Source: an uncultured Rikenellaceae bacterium (GTDB taxonomy: Bacteria; Bacteroidota; Bacteroidia; Bacteroidales; VadinHA17). From it: a stretch of DNA of 64,000 nt. A program made the translations under genes and the position numbers. Shown in pieces: positions 19,156 to 29,608 of this stretch (position 1 is its first letter; each line of letters opens with the position of its first letter). The stretch covers positions 11,429-75,428 of the forward strand of contig CAZXAM010000003.1 in assembly GCA_964638545.1 (NCBI GenBank). Reading direction: 5' to 3'. The notes under the pieces were generated by a model that was not told the origin of the DNA, did not search any database, and was given only the letters and a program-made list of their open reading frames with translations.

Positions 19156-20019
19156 ATGGAAAAGAAGACAGAGCTGATAACCAACAATGACGGAAGTGTT
19201 TTTCATTTAAACCTGCTGCCCGGAGACATTTCTGACAAGATCATCATAGTAGGCGATCCGGGGCGCGTCGATATGCTGTCAACACTTCTTACGGATATCA
19301 GGGTAAGAAAAGAAAATCGCGAGTTCAAAACTGTAACCGGCTATTTTGAAGGAAGGGAGATAACCATCATATCTTCGGGAATTGGCACCGACAATATCGA
19401 TATACTCATCAATGAGCTTGATGCGCTTGTCAACATTGACCTGGCAACAGGGATAGCCAAGAAAGAACCTGAAACTCTTACGTTTATCAGGATAGGCACT
19501 TCGGGCGGGCTAAGAGATGAGATACCAGCAGGTTCAACGGTGCTGACTGAGACTGCGATTGGTTTTGACGGGCTTCTGCATTTCTATGAAGGATACGACT
19601 GGCTGCTCGACACAGTTCTTTCTGATGTGCTCGTGGAATATCTTGAATGGCCTGATACCCTCTCCTACCCATATTCCGTGAATGCCAACAAAGACCTGGT
19701 TGAACTATTCAGATACGAGAAATTTATCAGGGGAATTACTATTTCAGCGCCAGGATTCTATGCACCTCAGGGCAGGTCTCTCAGGTTGAACACCTTTGAT
19801 CCGGACATAAACAAGAAGCTTTCAGAATTTACCTTAAGAGGGAGGTTCATTGCAAACTATGAGATGGAAAGCTCTGCTATATATGGACTTGCAGGTTTGC
19901 TGGGACACAAAGCCCTGACATTGTGCATTGTAATAGGCAACAGGGTATCGGGAGTGTTCATCAATGATTACAAGCCTTTGATCAGGGACCTGGCTATCAA
20001 GGTATTACAAGTCATCTGA
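19156..20019 (+). CDS. Nucleoside phosphorylase (PNP/UDP family)
   Basis: VGDPGRVDMLS, RIGTSGGL and EMESSAIYGLA motifs are present. Start set at ATG 19156, because track start 19135 is TTG. Confidence 0.8.
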   Translation: MEKKTELITNNDGSVFHLNLLPGDISDKIIIVGDPGRVDMLSTLLTDIRVRKENREFKTVTGYFEGREITIISSGIGTDNIDILINELDALVNIDLATGIAKKEPETLTFIRIGTSGGLRDEIPAGSTVLTETAIGFDGLLHFYEGYDWLLDTVLSDVLVEYLEWPDTLSYPYSVNANKDLVELFRYEKFIRGITISAPGFYAPQGRSLRLNTFDPDINKKLSEFTLRGRFIANYEMESSAIYGLAGLLGHKALTLCIVIGNRVSGVFINDYKPLIRDLAIKVLQVI

Positions 20020-20048
20020 TTTTTCTTTGCATTAAAGTCTAATCTTTC

Positions 20049-20056
20049 TAAATTTG
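20049..20056 (+). promoter_or_regulatory. Candidate -7 promoter element (TAnnTTTG)
   Basis: TAAATTTG lies 23 nt upstream of ATG 20079. Confidence 0.3.
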
Positions 20057-20078
20057 TTTGGAAATAATTCCTCAGAGA

Positions 20079-21047
20079 ATGTCCAAAAGCAGCAATGATG
20101 AAATTGATCTCCTCGAACTATTCAGGAGAATGGGCAGAACTTTTTCAAAATGGCTCGGAGCGATCGGAAACGGATTGCTAATCTCGATCTTCTTTCTGAT
20201 AAGGAACATTGGACTGCTTATTGTCAGCCTGCTTATCGGAGTTGGAGTGTCATATATCAATAAATGGAGCAGCAAACCATTATTTAAATCGGAAATTATT
20301 TTTAGGAGCAATACGGTATCAAGTTCTGAAATGATATCATATTTTAGCAGGCTCAGTAATCTTCTTGAAGAAGATAATTATAATGCTGTTTCCGCATTAT
20401 TGTCCATTCCACAAGAGCAAGCTAATACATTAAAGGATCTGAAGGCGCTCTGGATGGTTGACCAGAACAATGATAAGATTCCGGATTATATTGATTATAA
20501 GAACAGGTCGACAGCCAACGATACTATCAATAAAAGAGTAGACGACAGGTTTGCAATTGCAGTAAGTGTATCTGATCCTGCTTATCTGCCTAAGATCAGG
20601 GATGGCTTTCTTGCTTTTGTAAATAAAGATGAAATACTGAAGATCCAGAACGATTTCAGGTTAAGAAAAACCGATGAGCTTCTCGAGAGACTGAATTATG
20701 ATATTGAGCAGCTGGATAGTCTGCAGAAGATCAAATATTATGAAGAAACCAAGAATCTAAAACCCAGAGAGGGCGGACAGATTGTGTTTCTTCAGGAACA
20801 AAAAACGCAGCTTGTCTATGAAGACATCTATAACCTCTACTCACGGAAACAAAAACTTGACGAGGAAAAAGATGTTTTTCCTGAAATAATTACAGTCATC
20901 AGTGACTTTGTCCAGCCTTTAAAAAGGTTTAACGGAGGATTCTTCTATGGCAAGGTCATTATTCCCTTAAGCTTTGGATTAATGATAATCTTCCTTATAC
21001 TTAGGCAAAACAGGAAAAAGCTGAAAGAGCTCTACAGAAAATACTAA
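20079..21047 (+). CDS. Wzz-like (chain-length-determinant topology) membrane protein
   Basis: It has an N-terminal TM (LLISIFFLIRNIGLLIVSLLIGVGV), a long soluble coiled region and a C-terminal TM (IIPLSFGLMIIFLIL), followed by a basic tail. It is adjacent to the polysaccharide locus. The call rests on topology only. Confidence 0.55.
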   Translation: MSKSSNDEIDLLELFRRMGRTFSKWLGAIGNGLLISIFFLIRNIGLLIVSLLIGVGVSYINKWSSKPLFKSEIIFRSNTVSSSEMISYFSRLSNLLEEDNYNAVSALLSIPQEQANTLKDLKALWMVDQNNDKIPDYIDYKNRSTANDTINKRVDDRFAIAVSVSDPAYLPKIRDGFLAFVNKDEILKIQNDFRLRKTDELLERLNYDIEQLDSLQKIKYYEETKNLKPREGGQIVFLQEQKTQLVYEDIYNLYSRKQKLDEEKDVFPEIITVISDFVQPLKRFNGGFFYGKVIIPLSFGLMIIFLILRQNRKKLKELYRKY

Positions 21048-21050
21048 TAA

Positions 21051-21079
21051 AAAAGGGTGCCCATCCGGAGCACCCTTTT
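21051..21079. terminator. Bidirectional intrinsic terminator
   Basis: AAAAGGGTGC-ccatccgga-GCACCCTTTT, a 10-bp stem between convergent genes. Confidence 0.7.
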
Positions 21080-21136
21080 AAATCTACTAAAAAGGTAATT
21101 TCTAATAATATGTCTCAATTACATTCTGAGACTGAC

Positions 21137-22234
21137 TTATTTGTTTATATGATCAGACAGGTTCTTCTGGATGCCATTCTTTTTCAAGTAAAAGAAAAGG
21201 ACGAATGACAGAATAACGCATAACCCTGCAATAGCCGACAATAGTACCATATTCCCCAGGGATCTGAAAAAATATGTCAGGATCACAACAACAAGGTTTA
21301 TTGTCAGAAGTACTGTTGTTGTCTTGAAATGAGAGTTTGATATTCTCAGTAAGTTGTGATGAATATGGTTGTTATCCGCCTTAAATATGGATTTCCTGTT
21401 CAATAACCTGACAAAAATAATTCTTAAGATATCAAATACGGGTAATACAAGTATTGCAAGTGTAATTGAGGGTGCGACTTCCAATACTGAACCTGAGGGA
21501 TCTGTGGCGTTCTTCTCAAGAAAGTTAATCGCGTTGACTGCAAGCAGAAAACCGATCAACATTGAACCTGTATCTCCTAAAAATATTTTCTTTTCCTGTC
21601 CGAAAACATTAAAATAAAAGAATGCAATAAGTGAACCTGTAAGGGATGCGCAAATCACTGCGAGAGAAAGATAGTCATGCAGGTAAAACCACAAGCCAAA
21701 GATCATGGAGGCTAATATCCCAACCCCGGAAGCAAGACCGTCTATCCCATCGATCAGATTCATGCTGTTAATTAAGGTGACAACAATCAGGACTGTAAAA
21801 ATGATGCTCAACCATGATGGAAGAGTCTCAATGCCAAAAATCCCATAGCAGTGCCAGATTCTTAGATGGCCAGGGATGACAAGGACCATGGCTGCCAGAA
21901 ACTGTCCGATAATCTTCTTAAGCGGAGTGAGAGAAATAATATCGTCCTTTATGCCTATAAAGAAAAGGATCAGCATTCCGGCTATTACGTAATTCAACTG
22001 ATCAGAACTTTCGACACCGGTAAATATAACCGATGAAATTATAACTCCGGCAAATATCATAGCTCCACCAAGCCTCGGAGTTGGTCTTGAGTGCGAGGCG
22101 CGCTCCCCGGGCAGATCGTAAAGCTTTTTGATCATTGCCAAATCCAGTACTTTTGGAATACCGATCCAGGTAATCGCAAATGAACAGATGAGACCCGCAA
22201 GAATAAAAGACCAGCCAGGGAGATCTAAAGGCAT
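21137..22234 (-). CDS. Undecaprenyl-phosphate HexNAc-1-phosphate transferase (MraY/WecA GT4 family)
   Basis: 365 aa, polytopic. FFIGIKDD and NSMNLIDGIDGLA motifs are present. Confidence 0.9.
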   Translation of the reverse strand: MPLDLPGWSFILAGLICSFAITWIGIPKVLDLAMIKKLYDLPGERASHSRPTPRLGGAMIFAGVIISSVIFTGVESSDQLNYVIAGMLILFFIGIKDDIISLTPLKKIIGQFLAAMVLVIPGHLRIWHCYGIFGIETLPSWLSIIFTVLIVVTLINSMNLIDGIDGLASGVGILASMIFGLWFYLHDYLSLAVICASLTGSLIAFFYFNVFGQEKKIFLGDTGSMLIGFLLAVNAINFLEKNATDPSGSVLEVAPSITLAILVLPVFDILRIIFVRLLNRKSIFKADNNHIHHNLLRISNSHFKTTTVLLTINLVVVILTYFFRSLGNMVLLSAIAGLCVILSFVLFFYLKKNGIQKNLSDHINK

Positions 22235-22264
22235 TGCTAGGAAACTAATATATGTTAAAAATAA

Positions 22265-23533
22265 TTAAAGATTTTCAACTTTCGATGATTCCCGATCAAT
22301 CGAAAGTAATAAGGCGAAGTTCATCCAGAATACCATGAACAAAACTCCGGCAATCCTGACCAAAATGGATTCAAACAGCATATTTATAAAAATGATTGAA
22401 ATAATAAGGAACAACAAATCCTTTTTTTGCCTAATTGAATTCAGAAGTGGTGCGAGTAATGTCAACAGAAGACTTACCAGCCCAACAATGCCTGTCTGTG
22501 TTGCTGTTTCAAGGAACTGATTGTGAGCATTTGATCTCAATTTCACATCCTCCTCAAACCCGTTTTTTACGTGCTGATTGACGAGCTCATTCAATCCGTC
22601 ACCTACACCATACCCAAAGACCGGGGCTTTAATGAAAACTTCGACAGCACTGGTCCATTGTGGTATCCTTTTATCACCCAAAGAGTCTTCCTTAACGGCT
22701 TTTACGGTTTCTCCTATCCTGGTGAACCTGAATAATCCCATGACCAACAGCAAAAGAATTATCATCGTTACAGGAATAGTTATCCATAACGAGAATCTTC
22801 TCAGGTACTTCAAAAGATAAAAGATAATGACAACAAGCAGTGTAAGCATCGCTGCCCTGGATCCAAGTGCAAATACAAACAGAAAGAAAATAACAAGTGG
22901 TACAACTGAAACAAGTACAGGCCTGTTATTCGGCACATTGGTGATCCTGTCAAGGATCAGGACTATTGCCCATACAAGGTACATTGATATATAGCTCTTC
23001 TGTAAAATCGGAGAAAGATGCAGGTAACTGGAAGTACCTGTAAGGGTATCCGTCTTCATATAACTTACAATGTCCGCGATATCCCATCTTACAAAGAGAA
23101 CTATCATGGAAACTATTATGTAAATCAGAAGTCCGGCAATATAGAAGTCAATGATATAATTAATCATTTTCGCTTTGATCGTTTTCTTCAGAACCAGTAT
23201 CAAAAAAGGCATTATTATCATTGAGATCATCGTTTCAATGGTCTTTCTCCCATAAGTAAGATCTTCCGTGTACACCAATGAAAAAACAGTCACAGCCATG
23301 AAGATCAGGTAAAAGATACTAATGCTGAATATCTCCCTGAACTTAATTTTCTTATTTAACGCAATTACAATAGAAAGAATGGTCCATGGAATAATCAGAT
23401 AAGTAATATACCGGTTATTAAAAGGAAGAACCAGGCAGAAAACCAGAACAAAATAATAATTCAAACGTTCAAGAATGTTTTCCTTCAGGAATATTATTGA
23501 GGGAACTTTCGGCATCTTTTCACTTCTTTTCAT
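22265..23533 (-). CDS. O-antigen ligase / Wzy_C-family polytopic membrane protein
   Basis: 422 aa with about 10-12 TM helices and a large loop carrying GSRAAMLTLLVV and a periplasmic segment. Confidence 0.75.
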   Translation of the reverse strand: MKRSEKMPKVPSIIFLKENILERLNYYFVLVFCLVLPFNNRYITYLIIPWTILSIVIALNKKIKFREIFSISIFYLIFMAVTVFSLVYTEDLTYGRKTIETMISMIIMPFLILVLKKTIKAKMINYIIDFYIAGLLIYIIVSMIVLFVRWDIADIVSYMKTDTLTGTSSYLHLSPILQKSYISMYLVWAIVLILDRITNVPNNRPVLVSVVPLVIFFLFVFALGSRAAMLTLLVVIIFYLLKYLRRFSLWITIPVTMIILLLLVMGLFRFTRIGETVKAVKEDSLGDKRIPQWTSAVEVFIKAPVFGYGVGDGLNELVNQHVKNGFEEDVKLRSNAHNQFLETATQTGIVGLVSLLLTLLAPLLNSIRQKKDLLFLIISIIFINMLFESILVRIAGVLFMVFWMNFALLLSIDRESSKVENL

Positions 23534-24668
23534 GAAACGGTTTACCCAGGCAGAAATTGATTTGATGAAGGTAGGTTCTGTTCACAATATCTGAACTGAA
23601 TTTTTCAATTACGATCCGCCTGCCATTTTCCCCAAGCTGTAACAGTTCTGGATCTGAAGTATTTAAGGACCTGATAATCGCAGATTTAAGGCTTTCCGGG
23701 CTCCCTGGCTGACAAAGAAATCCATTTACCCCTTCTGTTACTAGATCGCTGCATCCGGGTACATCGGAAGTTATTAATGCTTTCCCGCAACTTGCAGCTT
23801 CGAGCAAAACTCTCGACAAGCCTTCCCTGTAACTCGGCAAGACTACGATATCAGCTTTCTCAAAAAACTCTGTGATTTTATCTGTTTTTCCCAGATAACT
23901 GATGAGACCATGGTCTTCCCACTTCCTGATTTCATCCAGTGCGATACCTGAGATATTTTGTTCATCAACTATTCCTCCGAGAAGGAACACGGCATTTACT
24001 GAACCATTTTTTTTCAGGTCCCTGATGGCATTGATGTATTCATATATGCCCTTGTCCCTAAGGATTCTTCCGGCAAACAGGTATCTTCTCGGCCTACCTG
24101 GGGAGCTTGAATGTAATTTATATTTTTCGGTATCAATCCCTGACCCCGGGACATAGCCTGCAAGATCTCTCTTAATTATTTTCCTCCTGATGAAATATTC
24201 AATGTCAGAATCATTCTGAAACAGGACTTTGCATGATGCTTTCAGCGAGAATGAATATAATTTCCTCAGAATCTTCGTCTTCAGGTTTTCATGTATCAGT
24301 CCGGAACCCAGACCACTGATTGTATTAATGCAAGAAATTTTCAACAATCTGCAAACTATTGATCCATATATATTTGGCTTCACTGTGAAAAGCAGCACTA
24401 TTTCAGGGGATATTCTTTTAAGCGTTCTCATCAGCTTAATGAAAAAGATCACCTCCTGAAACGGATCAAACCTGGATCTGTGCACAGGAAGAATGATCGG
24501 ATTTATATCCATATTGGCTAATCCTGAGACAGATGAACTAAAAAAACTTACATCATTGACGATAACAGATATCTCAAAACCTGCTTTTCGCAGATACATA
24601 ATCAGGTCTTTTCGAAAATTATTTATCGACCATAATGTATTAGAGCAGAGAACTATTTTCCCGTTCAT
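23520..24668 (-). CDS. Glycosyltransferase family 4 (GT-B)
   Basis: The C-terminal EGLSRVLLEAASCGKALITSDVPG is the E-x7-E region typical of GT4. Confidence 0.85.
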   Translation of the reverse strand: MNGKIVLCSNTLWSINNFRKDLIMYLRKAGFEISVIVNDVSFFSSSVSGLANMDINPIILPVHRSRFDPFQEVIFFIKLMRTLKRISPEIVLLFTVKPNIYGSIVCRLLKISCINTISGLGSGLIHENLKTKILRKLYSFSLKASCKVLFQNDSDIEYFIRRKIIKRDLAGYVPGSGIDTEKYKLHSSSPGRPRRYLFAGRILRDKGIYEYINAIRDLKKNGSVNAVFLLGGIVDEQNISGIALDEIRKWEDHGLISYLGKTDKITEFFEKADIVVLPSYREGLSRVLLEAASCGKALITSDVPGCSDLVTEGVNGFLCQPGSPESLKSAIIRSLNTSDPELLQLGENGRRIVIEKFSSDIVNRTYLHQINFCLGKPFHEKK

Positions 24669-24730
24669 TCCTTTATTTAAAATCCGGTTTATTCATATCA
24701 GATACAAGAGATGTCTGAAACAAAGCTCCT

Positions 24731-25462
24731 TTATCTGAATATCTTTCTGAAATTAAAGTAGAGAAACGAATACGCCCTGTCCGCAAAAGATTTGGATTTC
24801 GTATCCGTAAGATCCAGGTCACTGACACTCACAAAACTGTCTGAATTCAGCTTAAGGAACTTCTTAAACTTTTCGAAATCCGAATTATCCATTGTTCCCG
24901 GATGGCATGAAAATGTATATAGACCCGGAAAATATATCCTTCTAACCTTGCCGAATTGCTGAGGGATAAATACAAAATCATCTGTACGATAAGGTTTGAA
25001 CGCAATTGTATCTGAGATGATCCGGATCGGGGTTTCTTTTTTCAGAGCCAGAAGAGTATTTTCGTCAAATGTATGACTGGGCGCTGTAAAAATCCGTGGC
25101 TGAAAGTTCATTTCAAGAAATTTCCGGAATCCCTTACGGATTTCTTCACATTGCATTTCAAATGGCAATCCGGCAAATTCGGACCTGTTTTGGACTGGAT
25201 TGATCCCTCCCGACTCATTGTGATAAATATGGGTGTTTCCATGCATGCATATTTCCCAACCAGCTTTTTCAAGATCCTTCAGATGACTCCAAATGCCCGG
25301 ATCGTATGAACCGGAACGCAGGCCCAGGTCCATATTGTTTGGTATAACTGCGATCAAGGGCTTAATTCCGTGGGAAAGAAGCAATATTTCAAATCTCTCC
25401 CACTTCTTGAGATCCATAGTTTCTGAGGCATCATCCAGTCGCAGGAGATAACTCACTTTCAT
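24731..25462 (-). CDS. DUF2334 / polysaccharide-deacetylase-like protein
   Basis: LRLDDASETMDLKKWERFEILLLSHGIKPLIAVIPNN and the HGNTH motifs resemble DUF2334. Confidence 0.7.
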   Translation of the reverse strand: MKVSYLLRLDDASETMDLKKWERFEILLLSHGIKPLIAVIPNNMDLGLRSGSYDPGIWSHLKDLEKAGWEICMHGNTHIYHNESGGINPVQNRSEFAGLPFEMQCEEIRKGFRKFLEMNFQPRIFTAPSHTFDENTLLALKKETPIRIISDTIAFKPYRTDDFVFIPQQFGKVRRIYFPGLYTFSCHPGTMDNSDFEKFKKFLKLNSDSFVSVSDLDLTDTKSKSFADRAYSFLYFNFRKIFR

Positions 25463-26049
25463 GTTTTGACTTTTCTTATAGCATAAACCTTCCGGGAGCT
25501 TTGGAATTCGCCAATTTTAGTTATCGTACAACTAATGCCAGCAAAAATACGATTGAAATCATGACAATATTTATAGCCCGAATGATCAACCGAATCCACA
25601 ATCAGGAGTCCTTTTTCCTTTATATTTTCCTGGAAATATTGCACAAGTTTATTTGTCAGGATCTGTTCGTTAAAGCTGTGTATCCAATTTACAGCAATGA
25701 TAAGGTCATACTTTCCTTCAAGCAAGGATGACGGGAAACAAAATTCCTTGAACTTAAGATTAGGCCTCCTCCTGTTCAAGAATGCAGCTGCCTTAAGTAC
25801 ATTTTCATCACAGTCCATTCCGATCATGTTTCTTCCATTAAGCCTGGAAATCGTATCACCAAGTCCGCATCCTATCTCACAAATATCATCCAATGGATAA
25901 TACTTTCTGGCAAAACTGGCAATAGCTTCAGGGTAAACCCTGTTACCTGCAGGAGAAATGTGCCAGGAGTCAAAATGATATACAAGAAATAGGATAAAAT
26001 TCCTGAATCTCTCATGCAATGTCAATATCCTTAAAGCTGTTTTGTTCAC
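25459..26049 (-). CDS. Class I SAM-dependent methyltransferase
   Basis: Motif I EIGCGLGD is present. GTG start. Overlaps the downstream gene by 4 nt. Confidence 0.8.
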   Translation of the reverse strand: MNKTALRILTLHERFRNFILFLVYHFDSWHISPAGNRVYPEAIASFARKYYPLDDICEIGCGLGDTISRLNGRNMIGMDCDENVLKAAAFLNRRRPNLKFKEFCFPSSLLEGKYDLIIAVNWIHSFNEQILTNKLVQYFQENIKEKGLLIVDSVDHSGYKYCHDFNRIFAGISCTITKIGEFQSSRKVYAIRKVKT

Positions 26050-26067
26050 ACAATCCCTTTTATCAGA

Positions 26068-27180
26068 TTATCTTGTCCCTGCCTGTGACAAGACTGATTG
26101 ATATAATTCAATGTACGAATCTGCTGTTCTCTCTATATCGTATTTCAAAGATCTTTCCATACATCGTTTTGTGATCATTTCTGATATTTCCTTGTTCCCC
26201 AGGACGAGCATGATCTTATCCGCCAGATCCTCAGGGTTACCGGGTTCATAAAGAAGCCCTGCATCTTCCACAATATCGTGAAGACCTATAACATCAGAAG
26301 CTAACAATGGCTTTCCTGAAGCCATACCCTCAATTGCAGACAAGGATAATCCCTCATAAAATGAAGACATTATTACTATATCTACAGATTTAAGAATACG
26401 ATCGACATCGGTTCTGGCACCCAGAAAATGAATCCTGCTTTCAAGACCAAGTTCCTTTGCAGAATGCTTGAATCTGGATTTAAGCTCACCCTCCCCCACA
26501 AGTACCAGGTGATGGTTCTCAGGCAGATGAAGCATGGATTTTATCAGAGTGGAGTGATCCTTGCTTTTGTGAAACCGTGCAACATTCAGAATTAGTTTAT
26601 TATTTTCGCTGCATCCTGGTATTAATTCATCCTTCTTATAAGGAAGGGCCTCATTGATACCCCTGAGGTCGATTCCATTTTCAATAATCCTGATTCTCTG
26701 TCCTGAATCATTCAGATGCTTTCGCGCGTTATTAGCAGTATTATTCGATACAGCAACTATATATCTGTATTGTTTGTAGATAAATCTCTCAAACTGTCGT
26801 AAAATAAAAAGTTTCCTCCTTTTGTTGTCCGGACTGTGTTCGGTGGTGATCATTACGCTTTGTGAAGTGGATAACTTTCTTGCAATTGCCGCCCAGTACT
26901 GTGAAGGGAACAGGTGAACATGGATTAAATCATAGCTATTCAGGTAAGGCCTGATTTTAAAAATTATGAAAGGATTATAAATATTGAGCCCTTTACCAAT
27001 GTAATTAATTATAACATGATGTTTTTCCGACAGCTCCTTCGAAATAAAAGTTTCTTTACCGTCGAGAGTCAGTATGCTGCATTTCATCCCTTTAGCATTC
27101 AGGAGAGGAATAATATTTTCTAACAGCTTTTCAGCTCCCCCTGTTTCCAGGCTGTTAATGACATGTAGAACTTCAACCAT
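26068..27180 (-). CDS. Glycosyltransferase family 4 (GT-B)
   Basis: VINSLETGGAEK at the N-terminus and EGLSLSAIEGMASGKPLLASDV at the C-terminus. Confidence 0.85.
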   Translation of the reverse strand: MVEVLHVINSLETGGAEKLLENIIPLLNAKGMKCSILTLDGKETFISKELSEKHHVIINYIGKGLNIYNPFIIFKIRPYLNSYDLIHVHLFPSQYWAAIARKLSTSQSVMITTEHSPDNKRRKLFILRQFERFIYKQYRYIVAVSNNTANNARKHLNDSGQRIRIIENGIDLRGINEALPYKKDELIPGCSENNKLILNVARFHKSKDHSTLIKSMLHLPENHHLVLVGEGELKSRFKHSAKELGLESRIHFLGARTDVDRILKSVDIVIMSSFYEGLSLSAIEGMASGKPLLASDVIGLHDIVEDAGLLYEPGNPEDLADKIMLVLGNKEISEMITKRCMERSLKYDIERTADSYIELYQSVLSQAGTR

Positions 27181-27200
27181 ACTGAATCCCGATTGAATTT

Positions 27201-28391
27201 TCAGGCTGGGATTTTTGCAACCTTAGTAAATCCGCCTGTTCGCGAAACTATTCTAATAATCACGAGTAAATAGGTGAGGTTATGAACGAACAATAACTGA
27301 TCGGTAGCACAGACGCACAGAAATGCCAATCCGATTGTGAAATATCCGGTCGGCAACTTCCTAACAATAGAGTATAATAAAAAAATCCAGACAGCCAATC
27401 CTATTATCCCAAACGAAATAAAACTAAAAACCAGTGAATTACTGTAATTTGTCAGCGGCTCACCGGTAGCCATTGTTGTTATTCCCAGCTTAAGTTCCAC
27501 CAGGTAGGCAAACTGATTCAGTCCGATTCCGAAGATATAATCCGAAAGCCTGAAAAAGCTTATATAATTCAGGGTTCCGAATAACCTGGGACTTGAGTCT
27601 TTACCAAAAATTGTAGTCAGCTTGCCAAGTGCAAAACTCACTATATCCGGCTTGAACAGAACAAAAAAGGCTATAAATGCAAAAATGAATATCCCGGCCA
27701 GCAGCAGCCTTTTTCTGGTAATCCTCTTAAAGAAGAATTCCCTGAAATGCCACAAAACAACCAGAACCGCTGTTATTATACCAAGAGAACTTGTTGAAAA
27801 TATTATAGTTATCAGGACAAAAGCAGAAAAAAAGTAGTCTTTCTTTATCAGCGATAGAGCAAAAAGAGGCAAAAGATATATTGCAAAATGTGACGGTTCA
27901 GTGAAAAAGCCGCCAGGCCTGAAAATTGTGGCGTTTAAATCCTGATACGCTATACGCTCGATTCCTGGAATGAAAAGAAGGATCTTTGTGTCAAACATAT
28001 TCCAGACAGCATGCTGAAAAAAGAGACCGATGGCACAAATCACTGACACTATCTTCAGGTATTTATAGAGACGGGACAGATCATCATCCGGATCCATTGT
28101 CATCGACAGTGTGACAATCAGAAACAGTCCCATCGCAAACGTGTTATGAAGCACAAGCGTTACATTAACATCGCGGTTAATAATGATCTGGAACAAATTG
28201 CTGCAAATAAAGAATATCATAGCAACGATTAATTCCGTGTCAATGGTCACTTTTCTCGCCGTTAAGAGCTTATAGATGAAGAACAGTAACAGGACCAGGT
28301 TGCCCAAAGTTATCCCTGGCAGGATAATATAGATAGCCAGAACCGGGTATAGTGCAAATAAAAGATACTTCAGGGAGATCTTGAAGTTCAT
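27201..28391 (-). CDS. Polytopic membrane protein, putative O-antigen/EPS polymerase (Wzy-like)
   Basis: 396 aa with more than 10 hydrophobic helices and no soluble domain. It sits inside a glycosyltransferase cluster. Confidence 0.6.
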   Translation of the reverse strand: MNFKISLKYLLFALYPVLAIYIILPGITLGNLVLLLFFIYKLLTARKVTIDTELIVAMIFFICSNLFQIIINRDVNVTLVLHNTFAMGLFLIVTLSMTMDPDDDLSRLYKYLKIVSVICAIGLFFQHAVWNMFDTKILLFIPGIERIAYQDLNATIFRPGGFFTEPSHFAIYLLPLFALSLIKKDYFFSAFVLITIIFSTSSLGIITAVLVVLWHFREFFFKRITRKRLLLAGIFIFAFIAFFVLFKPDIVSFALGKLTTIFGKDSSPRLFGTLNYISFFRLSDYIFGIGLNQFAYLVELKLGITTMATGEPLTNYSNSLVFSFISFGIIGLAVWIFLLYSIVRKLPTGYFTIGLAFLCVCATDQLLFVHNLTYLLVIIRIVSRTGGFTKVAKIPA

Positions 28392-28419
28392 ATTGAACGG
28401 AAAATGAGATGAAGGGATT

Positions 28420-29595
28420 TCATTTTATGATTGAACTATAGATCCGGAGAGTTCTTCCGGCAATCGTCATCCAGCTGCTTTCACCGGTATGATAAATATT
28501 GAAGATATTCCTGCTCATAATATCCAGCATCCCGGGATCAAGGATGAATTTTTCAATTGCTTCCTCCAGCCTAACTGAATTTGCGGGTTCGATCAGAAGC
28601 CCTGTGATTCCATCCTCAACAAAGTTCTTTAATCCGCCTGTATCAGTCGCAATCACAGGCTTGCAAAAAGCAAAAGCAGTCATTATTACTCCGCTCTGTG
28701 TGGCATCAGTATAGGGGCAAACGACAATATCCGATTCGTAGATCAGTTTTGCCAGATCTTCATTTTCGATATAACGGTTTATGAATAGAATATTCTTCCT
28801 TCCCTCTATATTGCCTACCTCCGGATCCCCTTTTCCTGCGATTACCAGTTTTGTATCGGAAAATTTTGATAAAATTGAATCAAAGGCGGGGAGGAGATAT
28901 TTGATGCCTTTGTACCTGTTAATCCTTCCGTATAGGATCAGCTGGATTGAGTCGCCTTTTAAATGAGATTTTTTAGTGGACGGAAGAGGACTGAATCGTA
29001 AAAGATAATCGTAAATACCCAACGTTGAGGTAAACAAGTTTTTTCGTTGCAGTCTATATCTTATGATGAATGCTTCCTGCTGTTCACGATTAAGAATTAT
29101 GTAATTATTTATGAACCTGTAAGATATATTCCTCTTCAGGGCTTCACGGAAAGTATCATTATCTGAATGAGGAAGAGGATCATGGATAGTACATACTATC
29201 GGCGTTTTCAGGAGAAAGTACAACAAAAAGTAATTATGATTGAAATCAATATTGAAATGAATTATGTAGGGATTAATTTTTCTGATGACTCTGGCAAGCC
29301 TGAACTGCAGGAGCAAATTTGAGAATGAGAGCCTGTTTGTTTTCCTGTTTACAATAAAAGTCTTTCCATTGGGCAGGTCATCAAACCGGTTTTCAAGGTT
29401 ATAAGCTTTTCCATTAAGAATACCAGCGGTCTTTATGAGATTCTCAATACTGAAAATGGTTGCCCGCGCTGACAACGGAGATACATCCAGAAAATAGTGC
29501 AAATCACACTCAGCAGACAGGTGACGGATCAATGGAATATCATAATCAAGATAAAAAGGGTTAGAAAAGTATAGAACTTTATTCGGCGATCTCAT
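28420..29595 (-). CDS. Glycosyltransferase (GT-B, GT1/GT4-like)
   Basis: C-terminal ATQSGVIMTAFAFCKPVIATDTGG...GLLIEP. Confidence 0.8.
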   Translation of the reverse strand: MRSPNKVLYFSNPFYLDYDIPLIRHLSAECDLHYFLDVSPLSARATIFSIENLIKTAGILNGKAYNLENRFDDLPNGKTFIVNRKTNRLSFSNLLLQFRLARVIRKINPYIIHFNIDFNHNYFLLYFLLKTPIVCTIHDPLPHSDNDTFREALKRNISYRFINNYIILNREQQEAFIIRYRLQRKNLFTSTLGIYDYLLRFSPLPSTKKSHLKGDSIQLILYGRINRYKGIKYLLPAFDSILSKFSDTKLVIAGKGDPEVGNIEGRKNILFINRYIENEDLAKLIYESDIVVCPYTDATQSGVIMTAFAFCKPVIATDTGGLKNFVEDGITGLLIEPANSVRLEEAIEKFILDPGMLDIMSRNIFNIYHTGESSWMTIAGRTLRIYSSIIK

Positions 29596-29608
29596 TAAAC
29601 TCTATATA